Source: Octopus sinensis (Eukaryota). Taken from it: a stretch of 64,000 nucleotides of DNA. Positions within the stretch are counted from its first letter, which is position 1. Each line of letters begins with the position of its first letter. The notes beneath the pieces are model-generated. The model was given only the letters and a program-made list of their open reading frames with translations, did no database searches and was not told the origin of the DNA. The stretch covers positions 77,128,001 through 77,192,000 of the forward strand of contig NC_042999.1 in NCBI RefSeq assembly GCF_006345805.1, written 5' to 3'. Shown in pieces: positions 1 to 12,365 of the stretch. The position numbers and the translations under genes were made by a program.

Positions 1-34
1 CATTCTCAGCAACAGGGTTGAATGAATTTTTCAG
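1..34 (+). CDS. PDIA6: PDIA6 (protein disulfide-isomerase A6/P5) third-from-last coding exon, partial at window edge
   Basis: Translates (P)FSATGLNEFFR, matching the PDIA6 C-terminal region (human FSEQGINEFLR). Ends at donor AG|GTAAGT (35-40), phase 2. Confidence 0.9.
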
Positions 35-400
35 GTAAGTTGAAACCAATTTATTTTGGGTGAGATGGATTTTGTTGATATAATTATACATTTTATCAGT
101 GTGGAAATCTGAGCTTGTATGTTTTTAATTATCCAGATCAGCTAAAAAGTACATTGCTCATTTTCAGTAGAAATAAAGGAGAAATATAATAATAGTCAGT
201 TATGGGTGGGGGTCTATTTTGTAATTTTGAAATTTATTTTGTGTTACTATGTGAACAAGTTAATGTCATGCCAAGTGTAATAAAAACTGATTTGGATATT
301 TACACTACACTAGTTACAGTCGGACTCGTGTCTTAACTTCACATTCCTTAAGCCTTTTTCTTCTTTTTTCACCCCCCTGATGTATAATGATGTTTTACAG

Positions 401-497
401 AGACTTGCTGTATGGAAAGTCTTCAACTGTTCCACTTCGAAATGCCAAACTACCTGAAATTTTGAATATTGATGCATGGGATGGGCAAGACAAAGAA
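401..497 (+). CDS. PDIA6: PDIA6 penultimate coding exon
   Basis: Acceptor TTTTACAG| at 400 and donor |GTATGT at 498. Phase-compatible with both neighbours. Encodes (R)DLLYGKSSTVPLRNAKLPEILNIDAWDGQDKE (cf. human ELSFGRGSTAPV...EPWDGRDGE). Confidence 0.92.
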
Positions 498-2538
498 GTA
501 TGTATATCATTTCTGCTTTATTCCCTTATTAAATTGTTACCTCAAGTTTGAAATATTTTTAGATGAAATGTCCTAATTTAAATGCCAAACATTAGTTGGA
601 AAATGAAGTAGATATTTAGAAATTTATACTTTGTGTTGCATTCTCACAGCAAATAAAAAGCAAGCTATGTGTAAAATTAAAAAGATCTTGTATATAGTGC
701 AAATAAGTTACTGCCTAGCATCACCCTACCATTAATGAGTACTATAAGTATAAGGTAATAGATAGCAGTGTGTATAACATGTATGTATACGCAAACCTCG
801 AAGAATGTTGGCTTGCATTTGTCTATTAATTATTGAGGCAGAGAGCTGGCAGGATCATTAGCAAACTAGATCAAATGCTTAGCGGCATATGTTCTGGTTT
901 CAAATATTGCTGAGTTTGATTTTCATCCTCTTGGGGTCAATGGAATAAGTATTGGTTGAACACTAGTGTCAAAAATAGTGGTCATGTGCCATGTTGATAA
1001 TTTTAAACCAGCATGAAATTGATACATTAAAACAATAATTATAATTAAATATATTTCTAAATATCAATTCATTACATTTTTTTTACCAATGTCAACCATT
1101 AAACTCTCCTGAAATCTTTATGAAAATTTAACTGGAAAGCAAAAGTTAATAATTAATTTAGAGATAAGACTAAAAACTGTACAAATGCATCTGCTGCTCC
1201 CTTTGTCTCCAGTACCCATGTAAGATTTTCTAATGCTGAACTGGGTAAGGTGTTTAGCATAGAATATGGAAAGTGCACAGTAATATGCTCGAGTGAGCCA
1301 TGTGGCCTTGATCAGCTGGCTGGTTCAGAAAAGTGACCATTATTGTAGTGAAATGAGATGGATGTAAAGGTATATCTGTAGGCTAAAAATTAAGATTATC
1401 TTTTCTGTTGTGGCATGTCCATTTTTTTGAGAAGTGTTGAGATTATCTGTCCCTCATTTTGAAGCAGAGATAATTTCAAATCAATCAAAAATCTGTATTA
1501 TGCTATGTATTACTGTCTGTTTTGTCCATTATGCTTACACGAATGGAGGAAAGCTTTATATTCTGCATTTGTGTGTTGAAATCACAAGCACAGTCAAAAT
1601 GTTTAACATAGTGAAACAATATCATGAAGATTTATAAAATTGTGTTTTAAATTATGCTTTGGAATTTGTATTCATTGTCTAGATGTGGTCCTTCTATAAT
1701 TTCTCTTATCCTTTGATTTAACTTGCAATGAGCATTTCTTAATACAGTCATATATTGTGAAGTATACTTAAAAACATATTTTATAAGAAAATTTTTCTCT
1801 ATATATATAGAGAGAGACAATATACAGAAATGTTTTATTTTAATTCATCTTTTATTTCCTTAAACTATAAAGCACACATCTGTCAAACATTAAAAAAAGG
1901 GAAATAATTGGGACCTAAGTGTTCATCTTGATTATATTAGAGAGTACAGATTTGATAAAATGGCAGGATTTCAAAAGAATTTTTTGAAATTCCTTGTGTT
2001 TAATAAAGCATATTTTCAAATATGCTGACTTACACTGAAATTTCCACAGGTCCTGCTAGTTTTAAATGATAGGAAGGGCATCCAGCTGTAGAAACTCTGC
2101 CAGATCAATATTGGAGCCTGGTGCAGCCATCTGGTTCACCAGCCCTCAGTCAAATTGTCCAACCCATGCTAGCATGGAAAGCAGATGTTAAACAATGATG
2201 ATCATCATCATGATTCTTATCTAGTGTAAGAAAAGAAGTTTTAATACCCTTAAAACCAATAAGAAATTTATCCTGAAGTAAAGGTTTTATAAGCAAGATT
2301 TCAACGGAATTGTTAAATCAGGTATTAAAATCGTGAATTGAAGTCATAAGATTTTTATATCTCCCATTTACTGGCTCAGGCCATGTATGGCTGTTAACAA
2401 GGGTCTGATACAACAGTAGATAAGTCAATCTTGATCTAGCAACTGAGTATCTAAATTTTAAAATTAGTGTTTTTTTGGAAAGCACATTTCTTGTTTGTTT
2501 TTTCTTTGAATACATCTTTGTATTTCTTTCTCTTACAG

Positions 2539-2616
2539 CTTCCTCAAGAAGAAGACATTGATTTAAGTGATGTAGAATTAGATGATCTTGACAGCAAGCC
2601 CAAATCTGAACTATGA
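2539..2616 (+). CDS. PDIA6: PDIA6 last coding exon
   Basis: Acceptor TCTTACAG| at 2538. Encodes [25 protein letters not shown], matching the characteristic PDIA6 tail (human [22 protein letters not shown]). Confidence 0.95.
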   Translation, partial: [25 protein letters not shown]

Positions 2617-3348
2617 GTTGTCAGCCAGCTATTTTTTTCTTAAAGGAAGTTGCAGGGCAGATTTGATGATCTCTTTTAAAACAGCTCTAGTGCCAAGACT
2701 GTTTTTCAATGCTGTTTTGCTTCAAACAACACCAAATGGTTGTGTATATTTTTAATTACATTTTCATCTTAAAAATATACAAACCAAATAAATAGCTCAA
2801 TCCTCTGCCTTTTCCTTCTGTTTGAGAGTAATTATAATCTGAAATTTTCCTTAGAAAATGGCTGAAAGCTGTTAATTTTCTTGACAAAATTTTTATCTAT
2901 TATAATGTGGTTGTTATTATTTCTAATTTTAACAAGCAATATTCTACATCAGATCTAAGACTACATGGGCATTTACATAAGACAGACTGAAGAAAACCTT
3001 TTTTATTGTTTTTCTTTATTCTTTACCTTATTGATCTGCCTTGTCATCTGTCTCTAACTCTTCCTTGCAACCAGTTTCAAGACATTCAGCATCATCTTTT
3101 CTGTCCACTGACGTTTGTGTCCTTATGTGTATTGTTTATATACATATATGTATGTATATATTGTGTCATTTGTTCGTTTTTGTTTTTTTTTCCCCATTCA
3201 ATGTTTACATCATTTTTTTCTTTTTTTGTGTCCAGTTGTCTTAAAATTCTGTATAGATCTTATGTGCTGGCTCAGTTGCCAACAATATCATTTCAGCCTG
3301 GACTTCAACAAACCTCGTATCAAGTGCTATGTACTTGCTCATTTACTG

Positions 3349-3354
3349 AATAAA
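3349..3354 (+). terminator. Candidate PDIA6 polyadenylation signal
   Basis: AATAAA about 730 nt after the stop, followed by U/GU-rich sequence. A second AATAAA lies at ~3439-3444. Confidence 0.4.
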
Positions 3355-4451
3355 TTTGGTATAAAAAGCCTATTCTTTCTTTGATAACTCTGTCTTTGTG
3401 TTTATCATTTGCCCAGATATGTAACGATATTATTTCCTAATAAAATCATTACCAACTTAGCTTATATTAACAACTATCATAAAACGAAAGGCAAGCAACA
3501 TCTGAATTAAATCTTTGAAACTCTCATAGTCTTTACATTACTAATGCCCTCTGGAAAAGCTTAAACATCATAACTTCCCTTACTGCCTCTCCACTCATCC
3601 TAAAATATAAAACTTTTATTCTACAAAGACGAAATATTAAGCTAGATAACTGACAAATAAAAGTTAATATATTAAACTAAATTCATTACTGTATAACAGT
3701 TTCTTAATAGGTCTTATTTCATGCTCAGTATGCCATGAAGTGAGAAAGATTGGGAATCACTGAGCATAGCTTGTGTTAATTTACTCTGACATTTCTAGGT
3801 AATTCAAACTAAATTTCATATACTGTATTCATACAGGTTTACATTAAATATTTCATGTAATTTATGATCAAACTATATATCACAATTTTTTCCTCCCATC
3901 TGTATACATCTTAAGAGATGTGATAGTCACAGTTCTTGGGCTTAAACAAGTGAGAGCAGGTATGGACATTTGGTGAAAGTTTTTTTCAAAATCATGTGGC
4001 TCCAGGTTCAAAAACCACTTAGCAGAACATTGTGAAAATGGGTTATCAAAAACCAAATATTTTTGGTACTTGACAAGTTGTGACTTCTTCCTTTTTTTTC
4101 TTCCCTTCCCCAACCAGTCTCTGGAGTTAAGAGATAGGTGAAAAACATGGACTTTCTAAATAGAATATGAACTGTATATACTTGTAAAGTGGTTAGAGCA
4201 TCGGGGTCACAATCATGAGGTAGTGAGTTTGATTCTTGGACAGGACTGTGTTGTGTTCTTGAGCAAGACACTTTATTTCACATTGCTACAGTTCACTCAG
4301 CTGTAGAAATGAGTTGTGACATCACTGATGCCAAGCTGTATTGGCCTTTGCCTTTCCCTTGGATAACATCAGTGGCATGGAGAGGGGAGGCTGGTATGCA
4401 TGAGTAACTGCTAGTCTTCCAAAAATAACCTTGCCAGGAATTGTGCCTGCC

Positions 4452-4709
4452 AGCCTCGTCTGGCACCTGTGTCGGTGGCACATAAAAAACACCATCCGAG
4501 CGTGGCCGTCTGGCACCTGTGTCGGTGGCACATAAAATCACCCACTACACTCTCGGAGTGGTTGGCGTTAGGAAGGGCATCCAGCTGTAGAAACACTGCC
4601 AGATCTGACTGGCCTGGTGCAGCCTTCGGGCTTGCCAGACCCCAGTTGAACCGTCCAACCCATGCTAGCATGGAAAGCGGACGTTAAACGATGATGATGA
4701 TGATGATGA
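4452..4709 (+). mobile_element. 5'-truncated RTE-LINE 3'-end copy
   Basis: Carries the family block TGGCACATAAAA...CACCCACTACAC...GGAAGGGCATCCAGCTGTAGAAAC...CCATGCTAGCATGG...ACGTTAAACGATGATGAT, the same 3' end as the RT-bearing copy at 40446-42480. Has an internal ~47-bp duplication. Confidence 0.8.
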
Positions 4710-6164
4710 GGGGAACTTTCTAGGTGCAACCCCATGGTCATTCATGACTGTAAACATTTGTGCTGAACCAACTGAAAAGGATGTAGCTTTTCTAGCAAGA
4801 GACACCTTATTTAGAAGTCCTGGTTACTCCCAAATCACAAACAACCTTGTCTAGTGTTAAGAGGATTTTGTGTTCAGAAAAACAATCCTTTGTGCATTTA
4901 GGCCAAGCAAAAATAACTTCATTCTATCAATTTGAACACCACCTCAACCAAGCCCTTGAGTGCTTTTAGTGGAGCTTCCTTTTAATACAAAAATGCAGAA
5001 TAAGCTTCCAACCAGATGACAATAATCTATTGATGTTCTGACTTCCATTGTACTTACTTTTTCGTAATACCACACTGATTGTCAAAAAGGCGCACTGGAA
5101 AAAGTGTCCCTGATAAAAGTTTGCTACTAGATAGGTCAGGGACCCAGCCCTGTAAATAATACCATGGGTAGCTGGCATATAATATGTATTCTCCATGATT
5201 TGTGACTGGTGTTCCAGAGAGCAATCAATTTTGAGAAACCCTACCTGTACTTACCAACATCCTGGTGAGCTACCTACCAAAATTAAAGTAATAGTTAGCC
5301 ACAGCTTATGACTGGTATCCCCTCCTCCATCATCGAATAATAAATGAAATAAAAGTTATTTATAAATTTCATAGAAAAAAACCGTTCAACCAGATTGGTT
5401 TCAATCCTGTACTGGGATTTTTTAAATGAATTAGATAGACCAATTTGTCCATAAAACACATTCTTGGCAGGTCAAGAAATAAATTACTGGTGTATTAGCA
5501 TTTTGTTTCAATGCTATAGTGTGCTGCAGAATGCCAAAAGGTTTTTAGCTAATTCTGTAAAAGACACCTTGCTTGTTTATACAATATCTTTGTTTAGTCA
5601 TTAATAAAATCACAAAACACTTGATATTAGTCCAGTTGGTCCCGCGTCTTCTACATGTGCATAAAGAATGTTTACATCTATTTCTACACATAGTGTTGGC
5701 TAAAATCTAAATGTATATTTTGCAGTATAACAGCATTAAATATATGACTACAGATCGCTTGAATTATAACATATCTAATATACTTAATTTCTGAAACCAA
5801 ATAACGCCATCCCTGAAGAGTTCAGCTTCAGTGTTACTCACATTTCATATCATTATATTGACGTTACTAACTTACGTGATTTTGTTAGGAAAAAAAAGGG
5901 AGAGGCAAGGTAGATGAGATCAGGAGTTTGTCACATGCCAGTGCCACATTAAAAGCACCCAAAACACACTGTAAGGTGGTTGGCATTAGGAAGAGCGTCC
6001 AGCCATAGAAACCAAACCAAATATAACTAGAACTTGGTGCAGCTGTCCTGCTTGCCAGCATAGAGAACAGACGTTAAAAGATGATGGTGAAGCGAGTTAT
6101 CTAGAAATAATTTCAACTAAATGTCACAGATACCAGCTTTTCAGAGAATTATAGTACTATTATA

Positions 6165-6702
6165 TCAAAATCAAATTCGATAACTGGCATCCGTGCTAGC
6201 AGGGTGCAAAGAGCACCATACGAGTGTGATCGTTGACAGAGCGGCTAACCGGCTTCCATGCCAGTGGCACATAAAAAGCACCATTTGAGTGTGATCGTTA
6301 CCAGCGTCGCCTTACTGACACTCAAGCCCCGTGCTAGTAGGGTGTTAAGAGCACCATTCGAGCATGATTGTTGCCAGAGTGGCTATCTGGCCTCTGTGCC
6401 AGTGGCATGTAAAAGGCACCATTCGAGCATGATCGTTACCAGCATCGCCTTACTGGCACCTGTGCCAGTGGCATGTGTAAAAGATTCAAGTGAGCTCGTT
6501 GCCAGTACCGCCTGACTGGCTCTGTGCCGGTGGCACATAAAAGCACCCACTACACTCAGAGTAGTTGGTGTTAGGAAGGGCATCCAGCTGTAGAAACTCT
6601 GCCAGATCAAGATTGAAGCCTGGTGCAGCCATCTGGTTCGCCAGCCCTCAGTCAAATCGTCTAACCCATGCTAGCATGGAAAGGGGACATTAAACGATGA
6701 TA
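6165..6702 (+). mobile_element. RTE-LINE 3'-UTR copy with internal tandem sub-repeats
   Basis: Several AAAGCACCATT(C/T)GAG..TGATCGTTACCAGC units precede the conserved CCATGCTAGCATGG...AAACGATGAT end. Confidence 0.8.
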
Positions 6703-7951
6703 TGTTCACCAGTATAGTAATATTAGTTACTTATCCACAAAATCTAAGTAGAGATAAGGAATAGCTTTGGGAGCCTTGTGTAGATGATCATCTAGGAGAT
6801 ATTAGCAAAATAGACACTAAATTAATTTGACTGCTTTTTAAACACAACAACAACAGTAACCAACAACAATCTGTTTATTCTCTACTGATCTTGGTAAAAT
6901 GAATAACGCCTCAGAGAAACTTTGCACAATTTGTCAGACTAAAAATATATTTTTAAAAAAAATAGAAAAAAGGCCATGTTAGATCATCATTTGGACAACT
7001 AACTGAGAGGTCTTGAACAAAAATTTGTTTTAAAAAGCCATATGATTTGATAAACTGCCTATTTTAGAATTGATGAATAAAAAACAAACCAAATGATGTA
7101 CAGATGAAATTGATGCAAACAAATAAGATTAATTCTTGGTTTGTGTTCTAATCTGAAATTTGTGCAGTAAAATCCTGTTTTGTTTTGTTATATATTTTTT
7201 TACCATTTTGATTTTTGTTTGCAAGATCAAAGCAGACACGAACAAAATAAAAAAAAAACACAGCCACAAACACAAAGCAAAACTAATGATTAACTTTGTG
7301 TTAAGTTAAACAGCAAAACAAATATAATAAAAGCTGTGTTTGATATAAAGTATATGAGCCTCAACAGGAGATGAAGAGCCAGCAAGCAGAAAGTAAGACA
7401 GCAGGACATAATTCTTTACTTTTTCTTTTTTTCTTTTTTCTTTTTGTTAACAATTCAAGCACTGATTCTTATAATGCACAATTTAACTGAACAAATAGTT
7501 GTACTGCTCCAAACTTCATATATAAATGAAAATTCACACACATACATACTTGCATGTGTGTATATGTATGGCTATATATATATATACACACACACAGTAA
7601 GACACACTGATCTCGCGCTCTCTCTTTTTATACATACACACACACATCTACATAAATACATAACATTCATCCAGGTTAGATCAACACTGGTGTGATTAAT
7701 CCATATAGTAATATTAGCCATTGTTCAGCTTCATAAAGCCATGGGAGAAGGAAAAAGACACATGTGTCCCAGGCACAAGTGTGTTTATGTCAGTGTACAG
7801 TCAATTTATCGCCACTACCATCAATCAAGACGAGTTGCACCGTAGTTGTTACCCCATATAAACATCTAATGTGGGGATAAAAATAAATAAAATGAAGGGC
7901 CTAGCAATAGGTGGAAAACTGAAGGTGTCATTCACATCTGCAGCATTATCT

Positions 7952-8480
7952 TCACGTCAAGAGGCGTTGATCTGTATTTAATGTGTATTGTAAAGTGACA
8001 GGACAAGCAAGCACAGCTTCAGCACGAGCCCCTTCAAGTGTTACACAGTTAAGCTGTGGGACTAAACCCCCAATTTCAGAAAGATGGCCACCTACTCTGT
8101 CCCCATCATCTATGCTATTACTATCTGTCGAGCCTAAGCCCGTATCAGATAACATTGAGTGTCGTAGAGCAAAATGTTCAGGATGTAATTCTAATACGGT
8201 CTTTGCACCACCAGAACCAATTCTTGTTCCTATACTGCTTCCAGCCATACTATCTTCATTGGTACCAATTTCAACCTCATTCATCACACTGTTTAACGGC
8301 AAATTCCGATGAAGTCGTTTATATTCTTTATCTCGGTCTTTTTCTTTTTGGCGCAGTTCATTATTCTGTTGACGAGAGATTTTTCTTCGGATCCTATCCC
8401 GACGTCTTTCACGTTCTCTGTAGTTGGGATCAGCTCTCATCATGCGCATCCTTGCCTTGGCCTTCTCCTTTTCTTTTGCT
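7952..8480 (-). CDS. Uncharacterised 499-aa protein with basic STPR-like repeats, last coding exon
   Basis: Acceptor TTTTTAG| at 8482-8481, phase 2. Open for 176 codons (AKEKEKAKARMRMMRADPNYRERERRRDRIRRK...QRLLT*) in non-repetitive, more GC-balanced sequence. Confidence 0.88.
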
Positions 8481-9194
8481 CTAAAAATAAATTAATTGAA
8501 TAAATAAATAAAATAAACACAAAACGTAATTTAATTCATTTTAAATGAACTTGAGAAATAATATTAAACATCATAAGTACCCATTTGAAACTGAAAGGAA
8601 TAAGAGAGTCACTGAAGGGACTCAAACCACATATCTACTGCTTGCCACGCAATGAATCACATTAGCAGTTACACTACAGGGTATAACTGTTACAAAACTA
8701 GGTTTTAGCCTTCTAGCTAATGCTTTATATTAGTTGGCTGTAAACCAGTGATGACTCAAGGCTAACTCCAGCTTTATAACAAAATTCAGGCCTTAAGACA
8801 GTAATATATCAAAATATAGTAAAATCAGAGGGTCACATATCGTAAATCTATCGTGACAAATCTTACAAGGACTACTCAGCAGTAACAACTACAAAGAATC
8901 CTCAAGATCCTAACACCTTCAACAAGTACAAGAACAGCAACCTTAATGAAGCTGACTCAATGAGGAAACTTCTATTCTGTCACCCACCCTGCTAATAATA
9001 GCAGTCCAATTTCTCTCAAATGACACCATAACATTATGCGTGGCTCTGTGGTAAGTAGCTTGCTTACCAACCACATGGTTCTCGGTTCAGTCCCACTGCA
9101 TGGCACCTTGGGCAAGTGTCTTCTACCATAGTCTCGGGCCAACCAAAGCCTTGTGAGTAGATTTGGTAGATAGAAACTGAAAGAAGCCTGTCAT

Positions 9195-9243
<49 letters not shown>

Positions 9244-10299
9244 GTGTGTCCGTGTTTGTTCCCCCACCATCGCTTGACAACCAATGCTGGTGTGTTTACA
9301 TCCCTGTAACTTAGCAGTCTGGCAAAAGGGACTGACAGAAATAGGCTTACAAAGAATAAGTTCTGGGGTCAATTCGTTTGACTAAAGGTGGTGCTCCAGC
9401 ATGGCCACAGTCAGATGACTGGAACAAATAAAAGAATCGAAGAATGTAGTCCAAGACATTCAAAACTACAGATTTTTAGCATTCAGGGTTGATGAACCAA
9501 AATAACTTCAACAAGGATAAGCACTGTCACGACATTAACCATGGCACCACAGAATAACAACACTATTTCTTGCAACAGAACTTCCTTATTGATAAACAAA
9601 CAAATAGGTCCAAAAAATGAAATCATCACCATCATCATCTAATATACATGTTCCATGCTGGTGTGAGTTGGATAGTTTCAAGTGGTTTAAGGACTACATC
9701 AAGTTCTAGTGTCTGCTTTGGCATGGTTTCTATGGCTGAATGCCCTTTCCAATGCAACCACTTTATAGCATGTACAGAGTGCTCTCATTTGTGCTACCAG
9801 CACTAGTGAAGTCACCATTCAGCTCACATGGCTATGAACCTCATGGAAGTGGAGGTTAGCTTTAAGCTAGGGGATGGATGAGATTTTAAAGTATAAGCAA
9901 AGGGGATAGAGCAGGCTCTTTTTGTAAAGGAGCTACATGACTACTCACGAGTTGAAGAAAGGGGTGAAAATAATCAGGTAAAGCTGTGATAAAATAAGAA
10001 TTCATAAACCAGTTACAGTAGAACATACTTGCACTGTCAGATGTTAGAAAGTAAGTAATGCTTCATAGATGAGATTAATATAGGGAAAGTAAGCCTCTAT
10101 ATGGTGTCTTGACCTGCCAGAAATAACAAACAAATCACCTTCAAATTACAGCCCATCATCTAAAAGAAGAAGACAGACAGTAATGTAGTCCTAGTTATAC
10201 TATGCTTGAAAAAAAGACAGGTACGGTCACAACTGGAATGCCTTCAATTGTAGTTTTGAAGAATCGGAGCTGAGTGAGAGCTAAACAACATTAGGATAA

Positions 10300-10620
10300 A
10301 TCATTATTATCATTGTTTAATGTCCTCCTTCCATGTTGGCATGGGTTGGATGGCTTGACAGGAGCTGGCCAGGCAGAAGCCTGCACCATACTTTTATGTC
10401 TGTTTTGACATGTTTTTTTAAGCTGGATGCCCTTCCTAACACCAACCACTCTGCAGAGTGGATTGAGTGCTTTGTACGTGGCACCAGCACAGGTGAGGTC
10501 AGTTTTGACATGGTTTTTCCAGATGGATGCCCTTCCAAATGCCAACCACTTACAGTGTGGATTGGATGCTTTTTTAAGTAGCACCTGCACTGGCAGGGTC
10601 ACCAAGTAACTTTGCAAGAC
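10300..10620 (-). mobile_element. RTE-type 3'-end copy (older subfamily)
   Basis: Reverse complement of the GGAAGGGCATCCAGC...CCATGCCAACATGGAAGG...ACATTAAAC block, with an internal duplication. Confidence 0.7.
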
Positions 10621-10699
10621 AAGGAATTTTTGAGAGGGGAGGAGGCATAGGAGGATGTGATCTTGTGCCAGATGATGGAAGGTTAGAGTGTGACAGAAA

Positions 10700-11100
10700 G
10701 ACAGAAACATGTCTTGCTGTAGAGGAGGTACATGGTTATCCAACTAGAGAAAGAGAGGGTTAACAAGAAAGGGGAGAGAAACAGGTGTGCTGCTGTAAAG
10801 GAGATATATGATTACCTAGCAGGAGGGGAGAGCAAGAAAAGAAGAGAGAGTGATCAAGAATGAGGACAGAAACAGGTGTGCTGCTGCAGAGGAGATACAT
10901 GGTTACCTGAGAGAGATGGTGGGAGAAAGAGTTAACAAGAAAAAGGACAGGAATAGGTATGCTGCTGTAAAGGAGATACATGGTTACCTAGCAAGAGAAG
11001 GAGGGAGAGACAGTGATCAAGAATGAGGGCAAAAACAGGAGTGCTGCTGTAGAGGAGATACATGGTTACCCAGCAAGAGGGAAGAACAAGGAAAGAGAGA
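10700..11100. repeat. Five-copy minisatellite with alternating spacers
   Basis: Core ACAGGTGTGCTGCTGTA(G/A)AGGAGATACATGGTTACC recurs about every 75-90 bp. Spacers alternate between TTAACAAGAAA and GTGATCAAGAATGAGG types. Confidence 0.8.
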
Positions 11101-11362
11101 ACATGCAGATAAATTGCTATTTATAAACAGCTGAAGAAAAATTCATTATCATCATCGTTTTAACATCCACTTTTCCATGCTTCATATTATGAAGGAAAAG
11201 GTTGTTTTCAACTGAGACCTAACTATAGTTGATGGAATTAACAGATTGTGAGTTACTGAAATTAACAAAATAAATATTGCAGAATGAGACAGAAGCAATT
11301 CTAAAAGATGAAGTCTTCAGTAACATGACATTGTTAGTAAATAAGAAAATTCTTATAAGCTA

Positions 11363-11718
11363 CTATCACTATGACCTGGCGTTGCCGGGTCATAGTGTTA
11401 GTGCATTCATATACAGCTGCGTGCGTGCGCACATATACGTGGGTACTGTCCAAATCTCCGACCAATCACATACAGCTAGCTGGCATATCAATTTTCGGGC
11501 ATTTTGATTGGGTTTTGGATAGAAAATTCACAAAAAAGTCACTTCTATTGATTTTTTAATGGCTTTGCGGGGTGACTGGCGAAATGTAAAGATGTGCACG
11601 ACCACCCTTGGACGGTTTTGAATGATCATAGAAAGTGTGAGCCTCTAACTGAAAAATTGTGGATTTGTATAAAGGACACACACACACACAGACATTTTGC
11701 CGTTTATATATAGAGAGA
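11363..11718 (-). mobile_element. Non-autonomous Helitron
   Basis: On -, it begins A|TCTCTCTATATATAAACGGC and ends with hairpin ACTATGACCCGG-CAACG-CCAGGTCATAGT then GATAG|T (CTAG variant). It sits in an AT dinucleotide with no TSD. Confidence 0.8.
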
Positions 11719-11874
11719 TTATTGCTATCAACGTTGATAAAAGCACGAATGTTATACTAATTCCCTACATCTACATTGTACCTCTAAATAGAAATTGTTT
11801 TAAGAGAAGGGAAATAACAATGAGAACATTAAGTTTGAACCACAAAACGTTGCCAACAGAGTGGTCTACCTTAC

Positions 11875-12066
11875 CTGTACATCGGATTCGCTCTCTGTTC
11901 ACGTTTCTTGATTTTGTCACGTTCGCGTTTCATCATATCTTTTGATAGCACGTTATTTTCTTCCATGGTATCGGCTGGTACTAGTTGCATGCCACCATCA
12001 CCAACATATACAATTGACATTCCTTTGGTCATAGGGTGGCCACCTCCAACACAAGGATCAATATTT
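11875..12066 (-). CDS. Uncharacterised 499-aa protein, coding exon 3
   Basis: Acceptor CCTTACAG| (12068-12067) and donor AG|GTAAGG (11874). 192 nt, phase 2-2. Encodes NIDPCVGGGHPMTKGMSIVYVGDGGMQLV...KRERDKIKKREQRANPMYR. Confidence 0.9.
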
Positions 12067-12195
12067 CTGTAAGGACAATGACAAAATAACAAAATTATTC
12101 TTTAAATTGGAACTTAAGAATTTACTGACAATCAAAACCAAAACTTGAATGAAAAATAAGACAATTTTTTTCTTTATATATTGTTGTTAGATGTT

Positions 12196-12365
12196 AGGCA
12201 CAGGTGTGGCTGTGTGATTAAGAAGCTTACTTCTCAACCATGTAGTCTTGAGTTCAGTCCCATTGTGCTGCGTTGTGAGCAAACAACTTTTATTATAGCC
12301 CCAGGCCAATCAAAACCTTGTGAATGGATTTGGTAGATGGAAACTGAAAGAAGCCTATCTTATAT
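12196..12365 (+). mobile_element. tRNA-derived SINE, family A (GGCACAGGTGTGGCTGTGTG...GAAACTGAAAGAAGCC)
   Basis: A-box- and B-box-like head (GAGTTCAGTCCC). Further copies at ~9040-9195, 14795-14940, 17925-18085(-), 25930-26050, 31190-31335(-), 40118-40280 and 42800-42950(-). Confidence 0.8.

Noticed and set aside
10700-11100. CRISPR-like repeat-spacer appearance
   Set aside because: Eukaryotic context, degenerate repeats, spacers that are themselves repeated, and no cas genes.
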